A stretch of DNA of 64,000 nucleotides from Nannocystales bacterium (GCA_050633305.1 JBOEGF010000014.1:447974-511973); one strand, 5' to 3'; positions 19,654 through 30,156 are shown, counted from the stretch's first letter. Numbers and translations: made by a program. The notes: generated from the sequence alone by a model not told the origin.

Positions 19654-22358
19654 ATGAGGTCCGACCGCTCGAGCTTCGCAGCGATGTTCGAGGACGGAGC
19701 TCCCACGCACTCGAGTCGGAGGGCCGCCGTGCTCAACCGGCATCTTCATCGGCGACTGCTCGACGAGTCCGCCGCTCCGCCTGCCCGGCTCGGCCGCTAC
19801 GAGCTGCTCGAGCGTATCGCGAGCGGCGGAATGGGGACGGTTTACCTCGCGAACGACGAGGTACTCGACCGACGCGTCGCCGTCAAAGTGCTGCACGGTG
19901 GGTTCGCACCGTCGGCCGGTCTTCTGGTGACGGAGGGGCAAGCTCTTGCACGGCTGCACCACGAGAACGTCGTGGAGGTCTTCGACGTTGGGGTGGACCC
20001 CGCCGGCGCCTCGACGGTCTTCATCGCGATGGAGTACGTCCCCGGCCTCGACCTCGCAGGCTGGCTTCGTACCGCTCCTGCACGCCGCGACATCGTGCAC
20101 GCGTTCATCCAGGCCGGTCGGGGGCTCGCAGCGGCCCATGCAGCGGGGCTCATCCACGGCGATTTCAAGCCGTCCAACGTCCTGCGGGCAGACGATGGTC
20201 GCATCAAGGTCATCGACTTCGGTGTCGCGCGAATCCTCGAGGACGCCAGCGCTACGCAAGGCTGGAGTTCTCCGGGCGTGCCATCCCGCACCGCTGGCGG
20301 GACGCTGGGCTACAGCGCGCCCGAGAAGCTCGAGACGGGCGCGGAGAGTCCGGCCAGCGACGTGTTCTCGTTCTGCGTGGCGCTCTATGAGGCCCTGTCT
20401 GGCGGCCTGCCCTTTGCCGCGAACGATCGGTCCACATTCTTGGAGTCGATGCGTATCGGTCCGCGACTTCCGCTTCCGCGCGACGTCCCACGTCCAGTCC
20501 GAACCGCTCTCCTTCGAGGGATGTGCGTCGATCCCCGGCGGCGTTGGCCAACCATGCTGAGTCTCGTCGCACACCTGGAACGCTTCGAGGCGCCGGCTGA
20601 CCGACAGCGCGCCGGATGGGTATTGGCGGCCTCGTCTGTCCTCGGGGTCGCCGCCTGGTCGGGTCTCGCAACCGATGACTCCGACACGTGCCAGCACCAG
20701 GGGGCCGCGACCCGGCTCGCGTGGGCCTCGCAGCGTCCCGAGGTCGGAGCCGTCTTCGCATCCGCTCCCGAGGAGTTCGTCGTCAGCGGTGGACACACCG
20801 TGATCGACAACCTGGACCGCTACGTCGACGACCTCGTGGAGACCCACGCCGCCGTGTGCGAGGCGGCCTCGCGAGGCACGGTCGCCCCGCTTCTCACGAC
20901 CGCCCGCACCCGATGTCTGCAGCGGCGACAGCAGGAGTTCGAACGTTTTCTCGGGACACTCGGCGACGCTCAGGGGCGGCGGGGTGCACTCGCCGAGAGC
21001 TACGGTCTTGCGCGGGTCGAACCATGCTTACGGGCGGACCCCATCCCCGAGGCCCCGCCCGAGCTTCGCGACGAGGTCTCCGCGCTCGATGCCCGACTCG
21101 ACGAGCTACTCGCGCTCGATGGGCCGACGTCCCGTGGAGAAGGGTTGGAGGAGGCCGAAGCGCTGGTCGCTCAGGCGTACGTTCTGGGCCATGCGCCGTC
21201 GTCGATTCGGGCCTTGACCGCACTGGGGTCATCTCGCATGACGGCCGGAGACTCCGAGGGTGCTCACGCTGTCTGGGAAGAAGCCTACTTTGCCGCCCAG
21301 CGGGGGCGGATGCCGATGCGTAGCCTCGAGCTCTCCACGAATCTGGTCAGCACATCGGTCGCGTTGGGGCGATACGACGATGCCTGGGCCTGGAGCCGCC
21401 ACGCCCGGGCTGCGACCGCGCACACCCACGATCCGGTCGCCGCGACTCGGGTCAGCTATGCCGAGGCAATCATCCTGCTCAAACTCGAGCGTCCTGCGGA
21501 GGCTCTGGTGCGACTCGACGAGACCTTGCAGACGAGGTCGTCAGTCCTCGGACCGAATCACCCTGCGGTCGCTGACGTTTACCTCGAACTCGGCAATACA
21601 CACCTCGCGATGGGGGAGTACGACCGCGCGCTGGAGATGCTGCAGCGAGCGCGTCGCGTCAACGAAGCCGCGCTGGGGCTCCGTCATCCAGGCCTCGCGA
21701 TCGCGGACAACAACATCGGCGCCGTCCAGTTCCATCTGGGGCAGCTGGATGCCGCGGAGCGAACGTGGTCACGAGCCCTCTCGATTCGGGCCGATGCGTT
21801 GGGCTCCAACCACATCGAGCAACTTGGGACGCTCGAAAACCTTGCGAAGCTCGCGGTCACGAGAGGCGAATGGGACGAGGGGCTGAGCTATGTGCATCGT
21901 GCACTGCAAGTGTGGGAGAGCGCGGGCCTGGGCGACGATCACCCCGACCTCGTTGGGACCCTGGAGGTGTTGGGCATGATCCAGCTCGAACGAGGCGAGC
22001 TCGAAGCCGCCCGCAAGCCTTCGCCCAAGCGATCGCGATCTGCGACGCTGTGTATGGCGACGTCGAGGTGCCCACACTGGGTCCGCTCGCCGGGGCAACC
22101 CGTGCGGCGTGGGCATTGGGTCATGCGAAGGCGACGGTTCGACACGCACGACGTTTTCTCGAGGGTGGCGGCGCAACGCTCTTCAGCCAAGAGACGTCCA
22201 CGGGCATCCTATGGCTGCAGGCCCAAGCAGAGTGGGAGAGGGGCGCCTTCGACGAATCCAGGCGTTCGGCTTCCCGTGCCCTCGAAGCGTACCAATCGAT
22301 CGGCGACGCTGAGGCAGCGGAGGCAATCGTACACTGGATGGAGACCCGCGATGCCTGA
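19654..22358 (+). CDS. Ser/Thr protein kinase with TM and TPR repeats, apparent 1-nt frameshift near 22014
   Basis: GGMGTVY, VAVK, HGDFKPSN, DFG, YSAPE; LGxxHP TPRs. The natural TPR-like C-terminus (QAFAQAIAIC...WMETRDA*) lies in the -1 frame ending at 22358. Confidence 0.85.
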
Positions 22359-22926
22359 ACCCGAGCCACCGGGGCCGAACGTCGACGTTTCGCTGCTCAC
22401 GCGCTGGCAGGACGGAGACCGTCGAGCGGGCAGCGAGCTCATCGATCGCTACGACGGCCTGCTGCTTCGGTTCTTCCGGACCAAAGCAGGCGACGACGCC
22501 GAAGACCTGGTGCAGCGAACCTTTCTCCGCTGCGTCGAGCGCAAAGACGCGCTCGTGGAACTGCATAGCTTTCGTGCGTATCTGCTGGCGACGGCGCGCT
22601 CGGTCCTGGTCGACCACTACCGCAAGGCGGGCCGACACGCGCGACGCTTCGATCCCCTCGAAACATCTGTCGCCGACCTGAACCCATCGCTGAGCACTCA
22701 CGTCGCGGTTCAACAAGAGCGCCGCCAACTGGTCGAGGCCCTGCGCGAGATCCCGTTGGAGCTGCAGGTCGCTCTCGAGCTGTTCTACTGGGAGGGCATG
22801 GCGGGAGGCGAGCTGGCTGCGGCGCTGGGGCTTCCCGAGGGGACCCTTCGTACCCGCCTCCGGCGCGCCCGGCAGTTGCTTCGACAGCGGCTCCGGCAGC
22901 TCAGGAAACCGAGCCCGAAGTCGTGA
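22351..22926 (+). CDS. ECF RNA polymerase sigma-70 factor
   Basis: LLTRWQDGDRRAG, DAEDLVQRTF, FRAYL; region 4 LFYWEG...LGLPEGTLRTRLRRAR; ATG overlaps the corrected kinase stop. Confidence 0.92.
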   Translation: MPEPEPPGPNVDVSLLTRWQDGDRRAGSELIDRYDGLLLRFFRTKAGDDAEDLVQRTFLRCVERKDALVELHSFRAYLLATARSVLVDHYRKAGRHARRFDPLETSVADLNPSLSTHVAVQQERRQLVEALREIPLELQVALELFYWEGMAGGELAAALGLPEGTLRTRLRRARQLLRQRLRQLRKPSPKS

Positions 22927-23051
22927 AGGGGCCGCGGTTGAGACAGCTCACAATCGACGAAACCGTTCGGCGCAATCGCAGGCTGCGCGACGAACGTCGT
23001 GACACCGCGAGCGGTAGAGAACTCCGCACCAAGACCCGCCCGAGCACCATC

Positions 23052-24536
23052 ATGAAACACGATGAACGAGAACACGGCCGAACCTCCATCGCCGTCGATG
23101 CCGTACGCGTCAGCGAGCTCGCCCGCGACGTGGTGACGCCGCAAAGTCGCACGGGTCTTGGTCCTACGGCGGCGTTTTTCGCTGCGGTCGCGGGTATGGG
23201 GTGCGGTGGCTCCGATCCATCGACCGACGCAGGATCGTTCGGCGCCGCGACGGCTGACGCCAGCTCTGGCTCGACAACGGGTGAACCGGAGACCGCCGGC
23301 ACCGACACCTCCGCGCAGACCATGACCGGTACCTCCACGCAGACCATGACGGGTGCCGACGAGACCAGTACGGGGGACGCCGAAAGCGGGGAGGGAAGCG
23401 AGACCAGCGGCAGCGTTGCCTTCTGCGGGGACGGTGTGGTGCAGGATCCAGAGCAGTGCGATGACGCGAACGCCGTCGCCGCGGATGGCTGCGAATCCGA
23501 TTGCAGCTTCTCTCCACAGGCACTCGTGTGGGAACACTACCTCGACGCGGGACTGACCGAGTCTGCCAGAGACTTGGCGTTGAGCGCCGCCGACGAACTC
23601 TACATGGTCGGCGTATCGTACGACGGTGGACCGGCGATCGAGTCACTCCTTTGGAACCTGCAGCCTGAAGACGGTGCACTCCTTTGGACGGAGTCTTTCA
23701 CCGCGGACACAGGTCCAGCGGACGCGGCGCAATCGGTCGATGCACGTGCGGGGGAGGTCGCCATTTCGGGCGCGGTGGAGGTCGATGGGACCCGGTACGA
23801 ATCGGTCCGTCAGTATTCCTCCACAGGGGACCTGCAATGGTCCGGGCTGACGCCCGAGCCCGATCTCCTGATCACGTACCTGGCCATGCATCCCCCCGGT
23901 GACGTGTTCACCGCAAGCCGAGCGCTCGGGGCCAGCCCCTCCTCGCGGATCCGCAGGACCACCGAGCCCGGTACCGTGCTTTGGTCGGCCGCAAACGCCG
24001 CTGTGTTCAACGACATCGCAGTGAACGTCGACGGCGATGTGTTCGTCGTCGGAATGCTCGGCGGCGAAGGCTGGATCGGAAGGTTCAACGCCGACGGCGA
24101 GTTACAGTGGGATCAAACATGGGCCGGTGCCGGGGACGAAACCCGCCTCTACGCGCTCGCGATCGGTCCCGACGGCGATCCCCGGACGACGGGGCCCGTG
24201 CTTCGAGACGGCGACACCGACGTCTCGGTTCAACGTTGGGCATCGGGGAACGGGAGCCTCCTGATGGCCCAACAGCACGACATTGCGGGCAGTGGCCTCC
24301 CCTACGCCATCGATGTCGGACCCTCGGGAAAGACGGTCGTTTGCGGCACGCACAATCCCGAGGCTGAGGAATCGGTGAATGCGTGGTCGGCCGAGATCGA
24401 TGGCCGCGGTGCGATCTCATGGGAACGCGACCTCGGCGCGTCCGCGTGCAGGCGGGTGGAGGTCGACAGCGCCGGCTTCATGTATCTGGCCGGCACAGGG
24501 TCTGGCGACGCATGGGTTGCGAAGATGGCACCCTGA
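23052..24536 (+). CDS. Secreted/lipoprotein with myxobacterial Cys-rich repeat (DUF4215-like) and SBBP-like propeller
   Basis: GMGC-GG; CGDGVVQDPEQCDDANAVAADGCESDC; repeated IAVxxDGDVFVVG...W blades; start uncertain (22923-23052). Confidence 0.8.
   Translation: MKHDEREHGRTSIAVDAVRVSELARDVVTPQSRTGLGPTAAFFAAVAGMGCGGSDPSTDAGSFGAATADASSGSTTGEPETAGTDTSAQTMTGTSTQTMTGADETSTGDAESGEGSETSGSVAFCGDGVVQDPEQCDDANAVAADGCESDCSFSPQALVWEHYLDAGLTESARDLALSAADELYMVGVSYDGGPAIESLLWNLQPEDGALLWTESFTADTGPADAAQSVDARAGEVAISGAVEVDGTRYESVRQYSSTGDLQWSGLTPEPDLLITYLAMHPPGDVFTASRALGASPSSRIRRTTEPGTVLWSAANAAVFNDIAVNVDGDVFVVGMLGGEGWIGRFNADGELQWDQTWAGAGDETRLYALAIGPDGDPRTTGPVLRDGDTDVSVQRWASGNGSLLMAQQHDIAGSGLPYAIDVGPSGKTVVCGTHNPEAEESVNAWSAEIDGRGAISWERDLGASACRRVEVDSAGFMYLAGTGSGDAWVAKMAP
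23307..23354 (+). repeat. 24-bp tandem duplication in linker (TSAQTMTG/TSTQTMTG)
   Basis: ACCTCCGCGCAGACCATGACCGGT / ACCTCCACGCAGACCATGACGGGT, 2 mismatches. Confidence 0.85.
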
Positions 24537-24737
24537 GGGGGCCATGGATGTCGCCCATGGGCACTTGGATGGTCGATCTCCCAGGTCGCGTCGCGCGCGA
24601 GGGTGTTGCACCCGCCTGGACCTGCGCGCCGTCGAAGAAGACGGAGTGGCGCTTGGGGCTTCGCCGCGGAGGGGCGCCCTTTCCACGGACCCTCCCGGAA
24701 CTGGAAGTGGTCGGGGTGCCCTGGGCGCATTCAGGCT

Positions 24738-25004
24738 TCATCGCTTTGTTACCAGCACGTCCTGGAGGATCTGCTTGTCCAGGGTGAGGTCTGCGACCAT
24801 GGCCTTGAGCCGACGGTTCTCGTCGTCGAGCTGCTTGAGCTTGCGCGCCCGAAGTGCATCGCGGCCGCCGTACTTCTTGCGCCACGCGTAGAACGTGCCT
24901 GGGCTGATCCCGTACCTCCGGGCGAGCTTCACGACGGGCACGCCAGCGGTGGCTTGCCCCAATACGTGCGTGATCTGTGCCTGCGTGAACCGCTTCTTCC
25001 TCAT
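24738..25004 (-). mobile_element. IS3-family (IS407-like) transposase OrfA, no OrfB
   Basis: MRKKRFTQAQI...RRYGISPGTFYAWRKKYGG...LKQLDDENRRLKAMVADLTLDKQIL; AAGGAG RBS; downstream frame has no DDE integrase. Confidence 0.85.
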
Positions 25005-25296
25005 TGTCTGAATCTCCTTCGTTGTGACCGTTTGTTTGCACGTCCCCTTGGCGACGCCTGCTGTGATGGACCGCATCTCGCCCATTCCGTCGTCCTCGGT
25101 CTTGTGGTGCCAAGTCGTCGCACCGCGGAAGCCGGACGGCAACGGTCCGCCTGGCGTGGGCGATGCGGCTGAGCCAATCCGAATACGTGACCGATACAGG
25201 GCGAGACGCCGCCCCGCGACGGTCAGGCTTCCTGGCACGACTAAGAATCAGATTTGACAGAACTGTGCTCGCATCCACGCAAGAATCGTCGTCTTG

Positions 25297-25989
25297 CTAG
25301 ACCCTGCCGTATGCCCGGACTGCGGTACCCCGAAGGTCGCGGGCGCTCTCCCTGCCGAGGTCGATGACCATTCGGGCGAGGGACCGAGGCGAGACCCAGA
25401 GATTCGCATCGTCCGCGCCCATCGCTTCGCGATTCGCCGGCGTGTCGATGATGCTGGGCAACACGGTGTTCGCCGTGATGTCGCACCCTCGAGTTTCCTC
25501 GGCAACCGATCGAGTAAATGCTAGCACTGCCGCCTTGCATGCCGCATAGACCGCCGCCTCCGGACTCGGCTCTTGTGCGCTCCGGGATGCAACCGTCACG
25601 ATCCGGCCGTAGCCGGCCCTGAGCATCCCCGGCAGCACCGCCCGAACGGCACAGAACGACGAGGTCAGATTCAATCGCACGACCCGCTCGAAGTCTTCGG
25701 CCGACACCTCGTGCGTTGGCCCCGTGAGGAAGCCGCCTACGAGGTGAAGCAGGACGTCGACCCGCTCCATGCCCCGAACGGCGTGCTCGACTTGGGCGAG
25801 TTCGGTGACATCGCACGGCACCAGTCGCAGCTTCGCAAACGCAGGACGGCCGAGACGTCCCGCGAGGGTCGCCGCATCCTTCCCCAAAACCAAGGCCGTC
25901 ACCTCCGCTCCCGAAGCCAACGCAGCGTTCGTGACTTCGAGGCCGAGTGCGCCCCCTGCACCCGTGACCAACACCTGTCTATTCTGCAT
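25297..25989 (-). CDS. Short-chain dehydrogenase/reductase
   Basis: TGAGGALG; catalytic YAACK; ANTVLPSIIDTP. Confidence 0.93.
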   Translation of the reverse strand: MQNRQVLVTGAGGALGLEVTNAALASGAEVTALVLGKDAATLAGRLGRPAFAKLRLVPCDVTELAQVEHAVRGMERVDVLLHLVGGFLTGPTHEVSAEDFERVVRLNLTSSFCAVRAVLPGMLRAGYGRIVTVASRSAQEPSPEAAVYAACKAAVLAFTRSVAEETRGCDITANTVLPSIIDTPANREAMGADDANLWVSPRSLARMVIDLGRESARDLRGTAVRAYGRV

Positions 25990-26689
25990 CGCTGCCACCC
26001 CTTCCCGAGGGCACGCACCATTCCCGTTTTGTCGTTCCTCGGGAGAGTTCGCGGAGGGAGTGGGCCAGGGTTGTTCCCGGGCGGCGATGCGCGATCGAAG
26101 GATCACGTCGTAGCAGCGCCCGCGCACGGAGGGTCTGGACCGAGTACTTCGAGAAGAGCTCGTTTCGTTTCTTCGGAGACAACGAAGTGCCCGGTCCCGA
26201 GTTGGTCGGTGGAGCGGGCACTTTCTTCCGACGTCGGGCATGCAGGCGTCCGCCTTCCCCATCGACACGCCGCGAGCACGCTCCTCGACGATGGTCTTCC
26301 CAGGCCGCGGAGAACTCCGCCTCCCAGCCTTCCGCGCCACGCAGCAGAGATTGGGCGTCGGGCTGCCGAGACCGGGCTCGGTACTCCTCCGCCAATCGCT
26401 CCATCCGCTCGCGTGCTCGCTGAGTATCGCCGGCCAGCACCTCGAGTCGCGCCAACTCGACGTGCGCCTCGAGCCGCAGCGGGTCCAATCGCAGCGCTGC
26501 GGTAAACATGGCATGAGCAGCGCCCGCGCTGCTGCGTCCGTGGGCCATCGTCCTCGCTCTCCGAAGTATGTCGTCCACCCTTTCTTTGTCGAAAATGTCC
26601 GACATCGCGGGGGGAGATGCCTGAGCGGCAGCGTCTGCCGACGATTGGGCTTGAAGTGGAGGGGCGTACAGGGGACCTGGAATGGACAT
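25979..26689 (-). CDS. Hypothetical protein with TPR-like helices
   Basis: AALRLDPLRLEAHVELARL; start 26689 or 26605. Confidence 0.5.
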   Translation of the reverse strand: MSIPGPLYAPPLQAQSSADAAAQASPPAMSDIFDKERVDDILRRARTMAHGRSSAGAAHAMFTAALRLDPLRLEAHVELARLEVLAGDTQRARERMERLAEEYRARSRQPDAQSLLRGAEGWEAEFSAAWEDHRRGACSRRVDGEGGRLHARRRKKVPAPPTNSGPGTSLSPKKRNELFSKYSVQTLRARALLRRDPSIAHRRPGTTLAHSLRELSRGTTKREWCVPSGRGGSDAE

Positions 26690-26816
26690 TGTGCCTTTCG
26701 TTTCTGCGTCGTTCGCGGTTGTCGTTTCTCTCGTCTTACTTTGTGGGAACTGACCCAATATGGCGCGTGCGTGCCGGTGGAGGCCGGTAGGAGACTCGGT
26801 GCCCCGTTCCACGACA

Positions 26817-28241
26817 CTAGAGGCGCTTAACAAACTGGGCGACGGCGTCGACCTCGGCGCGGGAGAGTTTTGTGCGGTACGCCCGCATTTTCGTCCCAGG
26901 AACACCGTTGAGTATCGCGGACCTGATTCGGCCCCGGCTGGCACGCGATAGTGACTTGATCCCAAGCTTCTCTCCGATCTTGGTCTTCCCCTTTCCGTTT
27001 CCGCCATGGCAGCTCTTGCACTTCGCCATGTAAACAGAACGACCCTTCCTCGTCGTCTGACGGCGCGTGTCCTTGTGTGGCTGCCTTGTGTTCTGAGGCT
27101 TCTCCTCGCGTGAACCGGCCACGACGGGGGACATTGCAGCGTCCCCGCGACTGGTGGTCGTTGAGGGCGGAACGGGTTTCAGTGTCGGGGGAGGGGTTGC
27201 GTCTTGTGGGAACTTCTGAGCCAGGTAGGCGGCGATGTCGGTCGCGGTCTCCCGGTCAACGTCCGCACCTTCCTCAACCATCGACGCGACGACGTTCGAC
27301 CATCCCGATGGATCGTCGGGCCCATGCGCCGCATTCTCATCGAGTCCATGGCATGAGGTGCAGTGCGTCCGGAGCAACGATTCCCCCGCGGTTGTCGAGA
27401 TGTGTCGCGGGGTCTCGGCATTGTGCATCCTCGAAGACAGCGCGGCCGGCTCGGCCGCCGCCGTCTTCGGCCGAGGCGGTCGAGCCTTTGACAACTCGCG
27501 AAGCTCCGGTGTGATCGCCGCAAGGTATGCGGTCACGGACGGAATGTCGTCCGGCTCGAGATGTTCGCCAAAGACGGATGGCTTGTCGAGCATCCGCTGC
27601 GAGACATCGTACCAACGCTGTGGGCTTCGCGGCCTTGCTAGAATCGTTCTCATGTCGTGGCAAACGGTGCACTTCTCAGCCAGCACGCTCCGTCCCACCT
27701 CGAGGCCCTTTCTTGTGGTCAACGCTTCGAGATCGACGACCTGGTCACCGAAGTCGACCTTGGCAAGCCCTCTGCGCACACGCTCAATATTCTCCTGAGC
27801 GACGGCCCCTCCTGCGATGTCGGCGCCATGCATTGCATACGGAATGGACAGGGCCGAGAGTAGAACCGTGCAGAGAAGGAGTCCGAAACCGTAGGAAGGC
27901 ATCGACTCCTCGAAATGTCGGAAGAATAGGATGATCCCGATCTTGCAGATGAGCAGGACTCCGATCGTCACCCCTAGCACCGCGTGAAAAACAGTCCGAG
28001 CGGGTAGCTCGTCCTGGTACTCCCACAGGCGGGGTACCATGTTCCACATCATGACGATGTAGACGGCGGTGTACCCGTACCCTGCGAGAGCGTGGACCGT
28101 CAGCCATAGTCTAGGGGCCTCCGTCTTCCCCTCCTTCTCGTTCCAGAACTTGGGTCCCCAGAGCCACGCCTGCAGTAACACTGCGGCGATCGCAAGGAAC
28201 AAGAAGAGCACCCCCAACCACATACTGACTATCGAACTCAT
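26817..28241 (-). CDS. Membrane-anchored tri-heme c-type cytochrome with N-terminal 4-TM His-containing domain
   Basis: GGAG RBS; four TM helices with His; CTVCH, CTSCH, CKSCH, the last in a class I c6-like domain with distal Met (GTKM). Confidence 0.85.
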   Translation of the reverse strand: MSSIVSMWLGVLFLFLAIAAVLLQAWLWGPKFWNEKEGKTEAPRLWLTVHALAGYGYTAVYIVMMWNMVPRLWEYQDELPARTVFHAVLGVTIGVLLICKIGIILFFRHFEESMPSYGFGLLLCTVLLSALSIPYAMHGADIAGGAVAQENIERVRRGLAKVDFGDQVVDLEALTTRKGLEVGRSVLAEKCTVCHDMRTILARPRSPQRWYDVSQRMLDKPSVFGEHLEPDDIPSVTAYLAAITPELRELSKARPPRPKTAAAEPAALSSRMHNAETPRHISTTAGESLLRTHCTSCHGLDENAAHGPDDPSGWSNVVASMVEEGADVDRETATDIAAYLAQKFPQDATPPPTLKPVPPSTTTSRGDAAMSPVVAGSREEKPQNTRQPHKDTRRQTTRKGRSVYMAKCKSCHGGNGKGKTKIGEKLGIKSLSRASRGRIRSAILNGVPGTKMRAYRTKLSRAEVDAVAQFVKRL

Positions 28242-28296
28242 GACTCCACCTGTCTCTGCAGCGAAGGCGATCAGACTCAAAAGGAAGGTCCGGGTC

Positions 28297-30156
28297 CTAT
28301 TCCTCGTCGCAGAGGGGGTCATCTGCGAGCCCCAGTCCGAGGTCGCAGACCGTCTCCGCAAACTTGTCCTCAAATGCCTCCCGCGTGATCGTCCCTGATG
28401 CGAGTGGAGCGAAACTCGGGTCGAGCCCACCCAACTGCGAGAGCAAGGCATCTGGAGTAATGCCAAGCTCCGCGGCGGCTTGAGAAAGCGAAATGTTGGC
28501 GTCGAAGAGCGAATAGGCGGTGATCGTCGGCTCGAGGTTCGTTCGAGCACCAGCCCATGAGGCGTCCTCGGCGGCTCGGAACGAAGCCGAGCCTTCCGCG
28601 ATCAGGTCGGCCATCTCCGCGTTCGTCACGTGGAGCTCCGCGATGGTCTCCTTCGTCTCGACATCAAATTCGAAGCTGCTAAGGACGTAGTCGCGGATCT
28701 GGTCCTCTTTTAGCTTGAGCCCCGCATCGTGGCAGCTTATGCAGGAAATCCCACCGCGCACCGTCTGATCCAGCTGAAGAGGGTCCGTTACGATCGTCAC
28801 CGGGGCTTCGTCGAGGAGTACACCAGCCTCGTCCGTGATCCCATACGCTTGCAAACCGTTGGGGAGGTTGAAGATGAACTCGCCGCCGTTGGGCTCAAAG
28901 TCGAGCGGGTTGGTGAAGATGTTCTGTTGACCCGAGCTCGTCGCAAAGTCGTAGCTGATCCAGAATCCCGCCGTGGCTGCATTCGGAAGCTGGTGTCGTT
29001 CGTAGATTCGGTTGCTCTGCGATACTCCCGAGTCGAGAAAACCCGCGCGCGCGACCTCCAGGGTTGCGATGTTCTCGTTGATGTCGATCCCGAGGTCGGC
29101 CTCGATCTCCTGGAGCGTGTCGGGGAACCCCAGCATCGCGTAGTATAGTGGCGGCTCCGTGGCGTCATGGATGAACCAGTCGGCATGCATGATCGGAACG
29201 TCAGTCTCCGTGAAGTCCTGGAGGACGAGAGCGTCATCCTCGAGGAGCTGAATCGCGTAAGGGTTCGCGTCGACGAGCAAGTCCCAGCGGTCCGGCCCCA
29301 CGGCCGCGTCCCAATCGTAGTCGCGGATGTCGATCCTGTAGACAGTCTGATGCTCGTCGATCGGGAGAGGAGGCGTGATGACAGGGTTCTGGCTCAGGCT
29401 GTTGATCGCCTTGGATAGAGCGAATCGAAACGTGTCGATCTCGTCGTCGCAGTAGCCCGCGTTGTAGAGATGCGTCAGAGTTAGGTATCGCGTGAACGGT
29501 CGGTCGACGGGGTCGACAGCGGCGACGTCAGCGAGTGTCGAGGCAATGATATCTTCGGTCTGTTGCCAGTCAGCCGCGGGGCACTCCGCCTGCACGGGGG
29601 TGACACACGAGTTGACCCATTCCTCCAGCACTGCGACCTCCTCCGGGCCGGGCTGCTCGGGAACCGAAGGCGGCGGCATGAGTCCTGCTTCGACCCGGGT
29701 GTACAGGGGACTCGAGGAGGCATCCCCTGGCACGAGCCTTCCGCTCACGAGGAGCCGCTCCAGATCTGTGACGAAGCCAAAACCGCCGGCGTTTGCCACT
29801 TCATTGTGGCAGCCTTCGCAGTGAGCCTCCAAGATCGCGAAGGCGGCCTCTTCGACCTCAGCACAGTCCTCCCCGGGGGGCTGTGGTGCCCCATCGTCGC
29901 TGCCTCCGGATGGGTCCTGACCCGAGCCTGAGTCCGACGCGTCTGGCGCATCGGGGGTGGGGGAGGCTGTGCCATCGTCGCCCCCGGCCCCTTCTCCCTT
30001 GTCTCCTGCGCTGCTCTGACTGTCCACCGCCTCAAGCACGCAGGCGTTCAGAAGCATCGTCCCCAGAAGGGTTGCACGGGACAACCGAGAGCGAACACTC
30101 GACTTGTCGTTGCGAAAGAGGGAGGGGGCGACTCGGATGAAGGGCGACGTGGACAT
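28297..30156 (-). CDS. Lipoprotein di-heme cytochrome c (planctomycete cytochrome C-like domain)
   Basis: Lipobox LNAC; ILEAHCEGCH...VPGDASSSPLY...MPP; second motif CISCH. Confidence 0.85.
   Translation of the reverse strand: MSTSPFIRVAPSLFRNDKSSVRSRLSRATLLGTMLLNACVLEAVDSQSSAGDKGEGAGGDDGTASPTPDAPDASDSGSGQDPSGGSDDGAPQPPGEDCAEVEEAAFAILEAHCEGCHNEVANAGGFGFVTDLERLLVSGRLVPGDASSSPLYTRVEAGLMPPPSVPEQPGPEEVAVLEEWVNSCVTPVQAECPAADWQQTEDIIASTLADVAAVDPVDRPFTRYLTLTHLYNAGYCDDEIDTFRFALSKAINSLSQNPVITPPLPIDEHQTVYRIDIRDYDWDAAVGPDRWDLLVDANPYAIQLLEDDALVLQDFTETDVPIMHADWFIHDATEPPLYYAMLGFPDTLQEIEADLGIDINENIATLEVARAGFLDSGVSQSNRIYERHQLPNAATAGFWISYDFATSSGQQNIFTNPLDFEPNGGEFIFNLPNGLQAYGITDEAGVLLDEAPVTIVTDPLQLDQTVRGGISCISCHDAGLKLKEDQIRDYVLSSFEFDVETKETIAELHVTNAEMADLIAEGSASFRAAEDASWAGARTNLEPTITAYSLFDANISLSQAAAELGITPDALLSQLGGLDPSFAPLASGTITREAFEDKFAETVCDLGLGLADDPLCDEE

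Noticed and set aside
19654..22926. 1090-aa kinase-sigma fusion as a bona fide single gene
   Set aside because: The joining segment is non-protein-like and a better TPR C-terminus lies in the -1 frame; treated as a frameshifted kinase plus a separate sigma factor.
24478..24740. IS3 OrfB
   Set aside because: No DDE or integrase motifs, and too short.
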